A stretch of 32,201 nucleotides of DNA. It comes from Octopus sinensis. Its lineage: Eukaryota. The DNA lies in the NCBI RefSeq assembly GCF_006345805.1, contig NW_021829632.1, positions 1 to 32,201 of the forward strand, given 5' to 3'. Of this stretch, positions 11,856-24,378 are shown piece by piece; the first letter of the stretch is position 1; the number at the start of each line of letters is the position of its first letter. The notes below the pieces were generated by a model, which was given only the letters and a program-made list of their open reading frames with translations, did no database searches and was not told where the DNA came from. A program made the position numbers and the translations under genes.

Positions 11856-12131
11856 GTAACAACAAAGAAGAAGAGGACACATATCCGTCCAATGTAAATA
11901 ATGTAAATAATGTACAGAATACCTCATCTCAAAAATATAGAACAGAAAGCAACTCAATGTCACTTGAGCATATTGGTGTTTTGCTTAGTTTTTGTTTGTT
12001 TGTCTTTTGTCTTTGGTTGAAAGTACTCAATATACTGAATCGTGTCAAGCAGTGATTTTTTCTGTATGTAGTTTATGTTTACAAGCCCCTGAGGTTTCGT
12101 TATGCATTTGCATACATCTTTTTGTTGTTTT

Positions 12132-12573
12132 GGATCTTTTCGGTTTGAACGGCAGTTTTTTAAAATAATTTCCACGTAACTAAACACTTTTAAACTTCGT
12201 ATACTGGTAGAATGTGTTTATAAAACATCTTTTTCTCTTGGCTTTATTGAGAAAATTCTATAGTTTGTAAGATATTTGTTGTTTGTTTTTTTTCTTCAAT
12301 TTCTGCAATTTCAACCAATCAATGACGTCTATTGAGGTGAAAACATTCTGTGCCGTATGAATACGTCCCTCGTTTAAGAAACAGATTGGGTTTATTTACA
12401 TTTGTGAAGAAAAAAATATACCCTCCCCCCACTCCTAATCCTAACTAACCCTAACTCTAACCCTAACCCTAAAACAGTTTGACATGCAATAGATCGATAC
12501 TAGGGTCATAATTATGGGTGATAATTTCATATGACACCGCTAGAAAAAACTGCCGTTCAAACCGAAATGATAC
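12132..12573 (+). mobile_element. MITE copy 4
   Basis: Same TIRs (right end gaaatgatac degenerate); TSD gttgtttt/gttatttt; longest CCCTAA-like tract. Confidence 0.9.
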
Positions 12574-12908
12574 GTTATTTTTAGTATTCCCACATACGGG
12601 TTGTTTTCAATCCTAAATTCTGGTTCCAGATCTTTGTAATTTAGAGTTTCTATATTTCTATCGGCGATATATTATTGCCCATTAAAATTGATATATTAAT
12701 TAGGGACTCTTTTCCTTCTACTTTATCTTATCTACTTTATCTGGTCTCTGGCAATAATCTCTGGATAATCTCTCTTAATATTTCTCTGACTGTATGAAAT
12801 AGTACGTCCCAATCGGCGTTCATTTTGTCATTCAGAAAAGTATTTCATTTTGTGTTTATATTTCTTTTCTTGAATTTCCAGAGTATCAAAGTCCAAACTC
12901 AGACATGC

Positions 12909-12997
12909 TTATGTGTGTGTGTTTGTTTGTGTGGGCTCGTTTGTGTGTGTGTGTGTGGTGTGTGTGTGTGTGTGTGTGTGTCTGTGTCTGTGTGTGT

Positions 12998-13029
<32 letters not shown>

Positions 13030-13073
13030 CTGTGTCTGTGTCTGTGTGTCTGTGTGTGTGTGTCTGTTTGTGT

Positions 13074-13134
<61 letters not shown>

Positions 13135-13490
13135 GTCTGTGTCTGTGTCTGTGTGTGTCTCTGTGTGTGTGTGTATGTGTGTGTGTGTGTGTCTGTGTGT
13201 GTGGTGTCTGTGTGTGTGTGTGTGTGTGTCTGTTTGTGTGTGTCTGTGTGTGTGTGTGTGTGGTGTGTGTTTGTGTCTGTGTCTGTGTGTGGTGTGTGTC
13301 TGTGTCTGTGTGTGGTGTGTGTGTCTGTGTGTTGTGTGTGTGTCTGTGTGTGTGTGTGTGTGGTGTTGTGTGTGTGTGTGTGTGTGTGTGTGTCTGTGTC
13401 TGTGTGTGTGTGTGTGTCTGTGTGTGTGTGTGTGTCTGTATCTGTGTCTGTGTGTGTGTGTGTGTGTGTGCGCGTGTGTGTGTGTGTGTG
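12909..13490. repeat. ~580-bp compound (GT)n/(GTGTCT)n microsatellite
   Basis: Direct reading; explains the CV/HT ORFs at 12825-13560. Confidence 0.97.
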
Positions 13491-13785
13491 TTCTGCATAT
13501 ATTGCTCTCTCAACTATCAAATTAGCCGCTCTGTCTAGACATGCAAGTTTATGCCACTAATATTTATTGCATTGTAATAATAAAATTTGTACTCAAGTCT
13601 AACGATGTGTTTGTTAACATTTGAGCTACTAATTACAGTGTATTTATTTTATGAGGTTTGAACACAACCTCAGTATGAAGAAAATATGGGCACTGATATT
13701 TTATTGCATCGGTCATGTGAAGATTTTTCTTACCAGTGTTGTAGCATGAAATTTCTATTCTCATGTTCACCTTAGTTCTTAGTTT

Positions 13786-14176
13786 GTGGAGGCGCAATGG
13801 CCCAGTGGTTAGGGCAGCGGACTCGCGGTCGTAGGATCGTGGTTTCGATTCCCAGACCGGGCGGCGTTGTGAGTGTTTATTGAGCGAAAACACTTAAAAA
13901 GCTCCACGAGGCTCCGGCAGGGGGTGGTGGTGATCCCTGCTGTACTCTTTCGCCACAACTTTCTCTCACTCTTACTTCCTGTTTCTGTTGTACCTTATTT
14001 CAAACGACCGGCCTTGTCACTCTCTGTGTCACGCTGAATATCCCCGAGAACTACGTTAAGGGTACACGTGTCTGTGGAGTGCTCAGCCACTTACACGTTA
14101 ATTTCACGAGCAGGCTGTTCCGTTGATTCGGATCAACCGGAACCCTCGTCGTCGTTACCAACGGAGTGCTTCCACC
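13786..14176 (+). mobile_element. Full-length tRNA SINE family C
   Basis: A-box TGGCCCAGTGG, B-box GTTTCGATTCCC; 12-bp TSD agttcttagttt/agtccttagttt (13774-13785, 14177-14188); homologous to 24018-24378. Confidence 0.92.
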
Positions 14177-14200
14177 AGTCCTTAGTTTAATAGGTTTTTT

Positions 14201-14628
14201 GGATCTTTTCGGTTTGAACGGCAGTTTTTTCTAGCGGTGTCATATGAAATTGTCACCCATACTTATGACCCTAGTATCGATCTATTGCATTTCAATCTGT
14301 TTTAGGGTTAGGGATAGTTAGGGTTAGGGTTGGGGGGAAGGCTATCTTTTTTTCTTCTGAAATGTAAATAAACCCAATCTGTTTCTTAAACGAGGGACAT
14401 ATTCATACGGCACAGAATGTTTTTTAACTCAATAGACGTCATTGATTGGTTGAAATTGCAGAAATTGAAGAAAAAAAACAACGAATATCTTACAAACCAT
14501 AGAATTTTCTCAATAAAGCCAAGAGAAAAAGATGTTTTATAAACACATTCTACCAGTATACGAAGTTTAAATTTTTTTAGTTACGTGGAAATTATATTAA
14601 AAAACTGCCGTTCAAACCGAAAAGATCC
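14201..14628 (-). mobile_element. MITE copy 5 (opposite orientation)
   Basis: Same TIRs; perfect TSD ggtttttt (14193-14200, 14629-14636). Confidence 0.93.
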
Positions 14629-15621
14629 GGTTTTTTGGGGGGGAGGGTTGTTATTGCTCGTCACAACTGTCTGTTACCTCAGTCCCTGCTTTATATTTGT
14701 ATTCGTGTTTCTATTAGTTTCCTCTTTCTCCTCTCCTATTTTCAGTCTTTTCCCAAATATCTTATAACTATCATGTCGTTTCACAAGGTCCTTACGTCGT
14801 CCTACCATCGCGATTTACATAATCCCTCTGTGTCAGATTTTGTGTGGTATATTCTAAACGCTGCCGTTATTTTCTTTGTTTTCTCATCTAATCTTACTAT
14901 TTCACTTAGCTCCAACATGGGATATTACAAACTATATCTTATTGAAACAGCTACTGTGTTTCTGCCTAATGCCATATAGTTTGCATTTAGCTCTGTTTTA
15001 TGTATTGATCCAATGCATCTGTAACATAGCTTCTTCGAAAACTTTTCTTTCGCTTCTGTGTGCGTGAGTGTATGTTGTACACTGCTTTGTTCATTATTAA
15101 TTCCTAAGTATTTGTAAGACTGTGTTTGGTCAAATTCTTTTATTGTGGTTTCATAATCTTATATATTTGTGGTTTTTATTAATTTTCTTATCCTCAACGT
15201 TCCATTTGTGCAATATGTCTAAGCCGAATTCATGTCAGACCCTTCAGTAAATCGGTGTCTTGTGTGTAAAAATATTTACACTTCTTTACCATCCATATCG
15301 TACAACTAAGGGTATCCATATTCATAAGATCGATCGTTCCAGCATAGCAGTCGTATCACAATTCTTCTATATCCAGCTTGATTAAAGGTTGCAACGCAAA
15401 GCAGAAAGAATATGCAAAGAAGGAATAACTTCGAAATTTTCGTCTACTTTCTCTTTTGTTAGAATCTACAAAATTATTTTCTGTTTTTTCTTGATATGCT
15501 TGCTCTACCTACTTGTTGTTGATGCCACCCTATTCATGGCTAATTTTCCAAAATCCATGTATTGTGACACAGAAAAGTCAGTCCAGGCCAAAATTTTGGT
15601 ATTGAATCTATATTATGCAGA

Positions 15622-16041
<420 letters not shown>

Positions 16042-17611
16042 GCAGAGGCCTTATTTTTTACCTCTTACAGTTTTCAAATATGATTTTGTTGATCAATAAT
16101 TAATCTCACAAACGTTCTGAAACCTTTGCAGCATTGCTTCTCTTCGTATCCACTACAATCGAATGTGTGATTTTTTTCTTTTCGTGTGATCATTCCTTTT
16201 CTACTACTTTATTTCAGTTAAAGTATTTCATACTTATAAACTGACAGGTTTTCGTTCTGATATTTTGGAGGTAACTTGTCTTTTTTTAGTCTTTTGAAAT
16301 TAAGACAAAACAACTTACCTATGGATTAGGAACTCAGGTGTTGTTCTAGGTTCTTCTAATAAATTACTGAATATTTTTGCAAGTTCTTTCCGTATAGGTA
16401 TTAAATATTTTAAATAGAAATTTGGAACAATATCTTGCTTAGTGTTTTCCAGTTATTCATTTTTAATAGCGTCTGGGCCACTCTTGTTATAATTTCCCAT
16501 AATTCTTCATATATTACTCATAGCTTGAACATTCTAGTCTGTGTGGATCCCTTCCTTTTCCATAGACTACCCACAAATTCTTGTAGTGTTTCTTGTTTTT
16601 GCACTCCATCTATCTCTTAATTTTTAGTAAAATTCTCAAGGGTTGAATTCGAAATATTTCTGGTATTTAAAGAAACGTTGCTTTTCATTATAGCGAATTC
16701 TTTTCGATCTATTACTTGCGTTGTTCTTTGGTTTCGAATAACCTTTGTTTGCTTTGCAGTATTTATGAATTTTTGTTCTGATTCTCCTCCCTTTGTGTCC
16801 TTTCATTGTTGAATTCATTAATGATTGATAGATCTTTTCTGCTATTTTCTATCATTTCTTTGTTTGCTGATAGATGTTTTTATATGAGAAGTTTTGAGGA
16901 AATACCCACTTTCTTCCTAAACACAATGGTTGCTACAGAGGTCGTTTTTCAAGGTGGTGTCATTGTTCACATTTGCTTTTCACAATGTCTGCCATGAGTA
17001 ACTTTACCTGTGTTATTATTGTTAGTCTATTATTAGGTTATATTTTTCGATGACCCACAGGAATACCTTCTATCGATTTTAATTCATTAACCATTTCAAA
17101 ATTTAGATTTTCGTTACATTCAAAAGTTAGATTATCTTTACATTCAAAATTTCTGTATTCATAATTTTCAGTTATTAAATCTTTATCATATTCACTTATA
17201 TTTATAGTTTCATTTATGTAGTTCTCATTTGGCTTTTGTTTTAGCTCAGTATTTTATACGTGAACAAGTGTTTTATTTTGCTGTACTCTTTTATTTATTA
17301 GGTGTGGTTTGCTTGTTCGCAGTCTCTCTTCATAATATACGTTCTCAACATTTAATAGCTTTAATAAATTTTATTATCGTCCTTTGCAGTTTTCTGTATT
17401 TTTGCTAAGTATTTTGTTTTTTAATTTTCTATTTCTGTACTTAATATCTGTTTGCTTTCAAAAAATGTATCTTCCTAAATTAGCAAATCTGTTGGGATTT
17501 CGAAGTTAATTTCAGATCAGGACTATTTTCTTTCCAGGTATTACACATCATACATTATATTGTGGCAATAATGTGTTTAGTGCTTTGGGTGCTGAGTATT
17601 TGTGTTCGTTT

Positions 17612-17781
17612 AGGTGCAGGAGTGGCTGTATGATACGTAGCTTGCTTACGAACCACATGGTTCCGGGATCATTCCCACTGCGTGGCACCTTGGGCAAGTG
17701 TTTTCTACTATAGCCTCGGGCCGACCAAAGCCTTGTGAGTGGATTTGGTAGACGGAAACTGAAAGAACCCCGCCGTATATA

Positions 17782-17818
<37 letters not shown>

Positions 17819-17997
17819 ATCACGTGACCGACCAGACCATCAGATGTTGTTACACATCGCTGGTCACAATGCGTTCGCATTATTTTAGCCTTCGAATGAC
17901 GCCACCCCGCTGGCTAAGCGAGCAGGCCATATATTTTTTTTTCTAGTTTCAGCTCAGAGCTGCGGCCATGCAGATGCACCGCCGTATATATATATAC

Positions 17998-18055
<58 letters not shown>

Positions 18056-18213
18056 TCTGTGTCTGTCCCCCCAACATCGCTTGACAACCGATGGTGGTGT
18101 GTTTACGTCCCCGTAACTTAGCGGTTCGGCAAAAGATACCGATAGAATAAGTACTAGGCTTACAAAGAATAAGTCCTGGGTTCGATTTACTCGACTAAAG
18201 GCGGTGCTCCAGC
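17612..18213 (+). mobile_element. SINE family D with nested inserts in its internal (TA)n
   Basis: Homologous to 22806-23262; extra block 17782-17983 flanked by direct repeat ccgccgtatata. Confidence 0.88.
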
Positions 18214-19272
18214 CTTTAGTTTGTTTTTGTTTTAGTAGAAGAACAAGGTGAATTGTATAGTTGTGAAATATGTTTGTGGTATGGAAACGTATCCTCCTGT
18301 AAATTAATGTCTTTTGTTTTAATTGCCGGACTAAAGAGATACATTCCGACCCCTTTATTTAGATAGTCGATAGTCATATCGGTTAGCAGTATATTTGTTT
18401 CCAGCGATGAGGAGCTTAACACGTTCAGTATTTTGCAATTCCATGCACAAAATTCAAAATACGCCATGTCTTTTTAACCAGAGACTGCCTGATACGATTG
18501 CTTTTGTATTATTTCGTAAGGTTAAACTGAATTTGCCCCATATTGATTTATTTCTGCTCTATTAAACTTATCTTATATCAAGCAAGAAGCAATAACACTT
18601 CGATAATAAGTAAATGCATTAATTACAAAGATAGCCTTCAATATTTTCCGCTTTTGCTTTCGCATTTCATCGTGGCAATATTCTCGGTGTAATTAACATT
18701 TTGCAGAACAATGAAATAACAACGTCTTTTGTTATTTCTCCTGGTGTTATTTCATTGTTATTCGAGCAGTTCCGGTGCCTGTTATTTCGATAGCTATTGG
18801 TATATTTGCTTGCCAACGCTTTGTGCAATACAACTTCAGTGTGATGTCGCCCTTGCTGCTCAGACACGCTGCGATTACATCAATTGTTGAAATTACTGGA
18901 TGAGAAAGAGGTGTGGTCTCTATTTGTAAGGCACGTCTATCCACGGCTCGTTTCTTTGCATGAGTTGTAGTCCTCTGTCCAGTAAACACCAAAACTGACT
19001 CCTAGAATGTGATGAAGCTTTTCCAGCGTCTTACTCGTCGTATTATGCAATATACAGAGGATTTGTTGTGGGAAAGTTTGACGACATGCTATGAATGTTG
19101 CTGGCAACGAAGTGGATCGTTCGTCCTGGAAAAATTTCGACTTATGAATGACTATGGATAACTTCAAGGAATCCTTAGCCGGGAATTGCTACGGATTCGA
19201 AATAAATTCTACAAACACTGAAGAATTGTTAGGTGGGACTGCCTAATATGCGCAGTATACAAATACATGGCT

Positions 19273-19520
19273 GTGGAGGCGCGTGGCTTAATGGTTAGGG
19301 TGTCAGCATCATGATCGTAAGATTGTGGTTTCGATTCCTGTACTGGGCGACGCGTTGTGTTCTTGAGCAAAACACTTCATTTCAGGTTGCTCCAGTCCAC
19401 TCACCTGGCAAAAATGAGTAACGCTGCGATGGACTGGCGTCCCGTCCAGCTTGGGAACACATACGCCATTGAAGCCGAGATACCGAGCCCATGAGCCTAG
19501 ATAGGCTTTAAAAGGGCGCA
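19273..19520 (+). mobile_element. CORE-type SINE family B
   Basis: Collinear with 15622-15847. Confidence 0.9.
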
Positions 19521-19825
19521 GTGGAGGCACATGGCATAGTGGTTAGAGCAGCGGACTCGCGGTCGAGAGATCGCGGGTTCGAATCTCAGACCAGGCGATG
19601 GTGTGTTTATGAGCAAAAACACCTACGCTTCACGCGGCTCCGCCAGAAGGTAGTGGCGAACTTCTGCTGACTCTTTCGCCACAACTTTTTTTCACTCTTT
19701 CCTCCTGCATCTTGCAGCTCACCTGCGACGGACCGGCGTCCCGTCCAGGTGGGGAACCTATATGCCAAGGAAACCGGGAAACCGACCCTTATGAGCCAGG
19801 CATGGCTCGAGAAGGAACAAACAAA
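19521..19825 (+). mobile_element. tRNA SINE with C-type head and B-like tail
   Basis: A-box TGGCATAGTGG, B-box GGTTCGAATCT; head like 13786; tail gcgacggaccggcgtcccgtccagg..gaaaccgggaaaccg..ccc.tatgagcc like family B. Confidence 0.85.
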
Positions 19826-20314
19826 ATTTACACTTTACGTAAACATGTTTGTAATATCCCCATAATGCCCATTTTGTGATATATAAAGAAAACTATTATT
19901 CATTTTCCCCCTTTGCTTTCACCTGTACTATCTACACCCAAGAATTAATCAGAGGCGCCAAGAGACAAGTTCTGGCATCTAAAGATGTGTCATGCAACTG
20001 ATAAACTGGTGTCTGTGTTATATAAGAAATTACTTTTTATGTAATTTTTTCATATTCATAATAAAACTAAATGAATAAGTTTGTATTTACATGGAGAGAA
20101 ATTTACGTAAGATATGCGAGGTACTCAAAAGTATGATATTCTGAAATTCGCTTAATTTGAGAGTGCTAAGAATTTGGTCAACACATTTCTTTGCTCCTTG
20201 GGACCTTACAACAATAGGTAATGTTTTCATTTGTTTTACCTTTTCAGTTGCGGACACATTTTCTTTGAGTACCGATTCATTTAGCTGAATTTCCCGAAGT
20301 TATATTATTCTTTT

Positions 20315-20742
20315 CTTCTCTAGGCACAAGGCCCGAAATTTTTGAGGGTTGAGGCCAGTCGATTAGATCGACTCCAGTGCACAACTGGTACTTAATTTAT
20401 CGACCTCGAAAGGATGAAAGGCAAAGTCGACCTCGGCGGAATTTGAACTCATAATGTAAAGATAGGCGAAATACTGCTAAGCATTTCGCCCGGCGCACTA
20501 ACGTTTCTTATTTCTTTACTGCCCACAAAGGGCTATACACAGAGGAGACAAACAAGGACAGACAAACTGATTAAGTCGATTACATCGACCCCAGTGCATA
20601 ACTGGTACTTATTTAATCGACCCCGAAAGGATGAAAGGCAAAGTCGACCTTGGTGGAATTTGAACTCAGAATGTAAAGACAGACGAAATACTGCTAAGCA
20701 TTTCGCCCGGCACACTAACGTTTCTGCCAGCTCGCCGCCTTC
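20315..20742 (-). mobile_element. SINE A (20507-20742) fused to a 5'-truncated SINE A' (20315-20506)
   Basis: Same arrangement as 10639-11022. Confidence 0.9.
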
Positions 20743-20764
20743 CGAAGTTATATTATTGTATTCC

Positions 20765-20905
20765 GCGAGGTCGACTTTGCCTTCTGTTCATTCTTTCGGG
20801 GTTGATGAAATAAGTACCAGTTGAGTACTGGGGTCGATGTAATCGACTAACTCCGTCCCCGCAAAATTTCAGCCTTTGTACCAGTAGGGAAAAAGTTATC
20901 ATTGA
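20765..20905 (+). mobile_element. SINE A' fragment
   Basis: cgaggtcgactttgcc...ttcggggttgatgaaataagtaccagttgagtactggggtcgatgtaatcgact. Confidence 0.75.
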
Positions 20906-20971
20906 ATCTTAATCACTGATCGCAGCTTTTCAGTATCTTTGTATTTCAAACCTACCCTCAACACCCAGTCG

Positions 20972-21008
20972 TTTTATTATTTTTTTTTTTTGTTTATTGC
21001 AGGTAAGC
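20972..21008 (+). other. Candidate 3' splice site directly followed by a 5' splice-site motif (YAG|GTAAG)
   Basis: ttttattatttttttttttttgtttattgcag|gtaagc; junction 21002/21003. No transcript evidence. Confidence 0.35.
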
Positions 21009-22805
21009 AAGTTCCATGGTTGCAATTTTAAATGAAAGCTGATAATATATTAATCACCGACCATGCTCTTTTTCTTGAAAGGTATTATCGATTTATGTCA
21101 ACTTTTGAATGATACGATACATCGTCCTCAACTTTCGAATTTTAACATCAATATTGTTGATCTCAATGGTGGATGGACTTGTGTATAACATTGAAGCTGT
21201 ACGTGAGTACAGCTTCCGTGTTTATGGCCTGAATTTTGTTTCTGGCATTAAACTCAGTTTTCAAAATCGATTTACTCAGCAATGGAATTCATTTTTTTCA
21301 TCTATTTTTCTCATTAGTGAGTGCTTAATTCCATCTCTTTTACAAATAACTAAATGCATATAACTGTCCTCGGGTTTTAATTATTTCATTTTATATCTCT
21401 ATTTAGCCGCATGTTCTTAGTAGTTTTCCTTTTTCGAATATAGACTTGGTACATTTGTCAAGTTCCAATTTCATTTTGATGCCATCACTATTTACGTAAA
21501 GAAGCGCTTGCAGCTGTTGATAATTTTTTTTTTTTTTTTTTGTAAAAATGCTTCAAATCATCCACATAGAAAAGATGGTTGACGGTTTTTCTCATACACA
21601 TTTATAGCCATAATTTGTTTCACACTTAGGGGAATCAGTGCTAAACAGAATAACAAAGAAGATAATGAGTTACCTTGGAAGAGTTCACAATTTGTATTGA
21701 ATTTACTGGAATTTACAGTTGTAGTGTCAATGCTGAAAATAATTTTTCTTGTGCGCAGCGCTTTGTTCTAGGTTTGTTATTATTCCAGTATTGAATGCAT
21801 GCGGTAACTAATAGAGTTCTTTTCTTATTATATTTTGGGATATTTATAAGTCCTACGGTATTTGTCTGCATGTTTTTCATCATTCCGAAAATACCTATTA
21901 TTATATCGATTAGTTCTGTTTTCAAACCACAAATTCTATTTCCAGACCTTTATATTTAGAGAATACCTCCATCTCATTTAAAGGTACGTTATTATTTGTA
22001 GGGTCTCATAAATCGACTAGAAGAACTTTCTTTTCATTTTTCTTATCATTATTCTTCGAGGAAGCTAATTAGAAGAGTCATTAGCGTGTCGGACAAAATG
22101 CTAAGCAGCATTTCTTCCAGCTCGTTACGGTCTAAGCTCGAAATCCTAAGGCACGAGGGTCAGTCAGGTGTACTGGCATCGACCATGCTTGAATGTGTGT
22201 GTGTGTGTGTGTGTGTATGTGTGCATTTGTGTGCATTTGTGTACGTTTGTGTGTGTATGTATGAATATATACACACAAATAATGAATTTCAAATATTTAT
22301 TGACACAAATGTTTTGGATATACTTTGGTGGGATTTAATTCTGCATGGATTACAAACCCCTTATTAATCTGTGATTATATGTATGTATTTATTATATATA
22401 TATATTTATATATATATATATGGGGGGCGGGCATAGGACTTAGTGCTTGCTTTTCATCCTTTCGGAAACGATAAAATAAGTACCAGGTGAGCACAAGGGT
22501 TGATATAATTGACTTACCTACACCTCAAAATTGCTGGCCTTGTATCAAAATTAGAAAGAATTATTATCAATGTTGTTGTTATTATCATTAATTCTTTCAA
22601 TTTTTTTTCACACAAAGCCAGCAATTTTGCGGGGAGAAGTTGATTACATCGTTAGCACGTCAGACAAAATGCTTAGCAGGTGGAGAGGGAGGAGAGGTGG
22701 TGGTGAGTGACATGTGTAATTTTTTCTTTTAGCTACGTTCTGTTTTCCTTTGTTACTTAGCCCGTCTGTAGTCCTTTCATGTGATTAGTTGAAAGGAAAT
22801 ACGAT

Positions 22806-22968
22806 AGGCGCAGGAGTGGCTTTGTGGTAAGTAGCTTGTTTACTAACCACATGGTTCCGAGTTCAGTCCCACTGCGTGGCACCTTGGGCAAGTGTCTTCT
22901 ACTATAGCCTCGGGCCGACCAAAGCTTTGTGAGTGGATTTGGTAGACGGAAACTGAAAGAAGCTCGTC

Positions 22969-23043
<75 letters not shown>

Positions 23044-23262
23044 TGCGTGTATGTTTGTGTGTCTGTGTTTGTTCCCCTAGCATTGCTTGACAACCGATGC
23101 TGGTGTGTTTATGTCCCCGTCACTTAGTGGTTCGGCAAAAGAGACCGATAGAATAAGTACTAGGTTTCCAAAGAATAAGTCCTGGGGTCGATTTGCTCGA
23201 TTAAAGGCGGTGTTCCAGCATGGCCGCAGTCAAATGACTGAAACAAGTAAAGAGTAAAGAGC
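22806..23262 (+). mobile_element. Full-length SINE family D with internal ~70-bp (TA)n
   Basis: tRNA-like head (gttccgagttcagtccc), CORE-like ggcaccttgggcaagtgtcttctactatagcc, (TA)n 22970-23040, tail ggcggtgttccagcatggccgcagtcaaatgactgaaacaagtaaagag. Confidence 0.9.
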
Positions 23263-23441
23263 GAAAGAAAAAGGAGAGAGAAAAAGAGGCTAAGGCGAAG
23301 AGCGAGAGAGAAAGAAGGAGAGCGCTGTGTAATTAAGTCTATAAAATTGTGCATAAAGTATATAAAGTGTATATATAAAATGCAATGTGTGCCAATGTCG
23401 ATTGTCTAAGATTGTATTGTCTAGAGGAACGGAAAATGTGA

Positions 23442-23872
23442 GGATCTTTTCGGTTTGAACGGCAGTTTTTAACATAATTTCTAGATAACTAAAAAAATTT
23501 AAACTTCGTATACTGGTAGAATGTGTTTATAAAACATCTTTTTCTCTTGGCTTTATTGAGAAAATTCTATAGTTTGTAAGATATTTATTGTTGTTTTTCT
23601 TCAATTTCTACAATTTCAACCAATCAGCGTCGTCTATTGAGGTAAAAAGCATTCTGTGCCGTATGAATATGTCCCTCATTTAAGAAACAGATTGGGTTTA
23701 TTTACATTTGTGAAGAAAAAAAGATACCCTTCCTTCCCCCCACCCCTAACCCTAACTAACCCTAACCCTAAAACAGATTGAAATGCAATAGATCGATACT
23801 AGGGTCATGATTATGGGTGACAATTTCATATGAGACTGCTAGAAAAAACTGCCGTTCAAACCGAAAAGATCC
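23442..23872 (+). mobile_element. MITE copy 6
   Basis: Same TIRs; TSD aaatgtga/aaatatga (23434-23441, 23873-23880). Confidence 0.93.
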
Positions 23873-24017
23873 AAATATGAACGCAACAACTTCATGTTTC
23901 ATTCCAGTTTTCTAAAATATACAGCATTTTTATGCATTGTCAAGGCCATACCAATTTTACTATTTCAGATATCACTTTGATAGTCTCAGAAAGACGGTCA
24001 GTGATAGCAATTTGTAT

Positions 24018-24378
24018 GGATGGAAGCACTCCGTCGGTTACGACGACGAGGGTTCCGGTTGATCCGATCAACGGAACAGCCTGCTCGTGAAATTAACGTG
24101 TAAGTGGCTGAGCACTCCACAGACACGTGTACCCTTAACGTAGTTCTCGGGGATATTCAGCGTAACACAGAGATTGACAAAGCCGGCCCCTTGAAATACA
24201 GGTACAACAGAAACAGGAAGTAAGAGTGAGAGAAAGTTGTGAGAGAAAGCCGGAGCCTCGTGGAGCTTTTTAGGTGTTTTCGCTCAATAAACACTCACAA
24301 CGCCCGGTCTGGGAATTGAAACCGCGATCCTACGACCGCGAGTCCGCTGCCCTAACCACTGGGCCATTGCGCCTCCAC
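24018..24378 (-). mobile_element. tRNA SINE family C
   Basis: Reverse complement of 13786-14176 with an internal deletion; perfect 12-bp TSD agcaatttgtat (24006-24017, 24379-24390). Confidence 0.93.

Larger units (their letters stand above)
11277..11915. mobile_element. Head-to-head fold-back of a hammerhead-bearing Penelope-type terminal element
   Basis: Left arm 11277-11395 (-) and right arm 11758-11875 (+) are inverted copies of cagcaaaaataccttaggaatgagaac...caggacacctgatgaagtctggagagtaaatcagccgaaacg.tgtggtaacaa; the right arm continues to an (aatgtaaat) tail; the spacer is microsatellite around an 11-bp IR (11528-11538/11567-11577). Confidence 0.75.

Noticed and set aside
12825-13560. 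Five overlapping 200+ aa Cys/Val or His/Thr ORFs
   Set aside because: Artefact of the (GT)n/(GTCT)n tract being stop-free in most frames.
17000-19200. Upstream continuation of the R4/Dong-like element (WTEDYN, VSEQ fragments)
   Set aside because: The motif fragments are short and not in convincing order.
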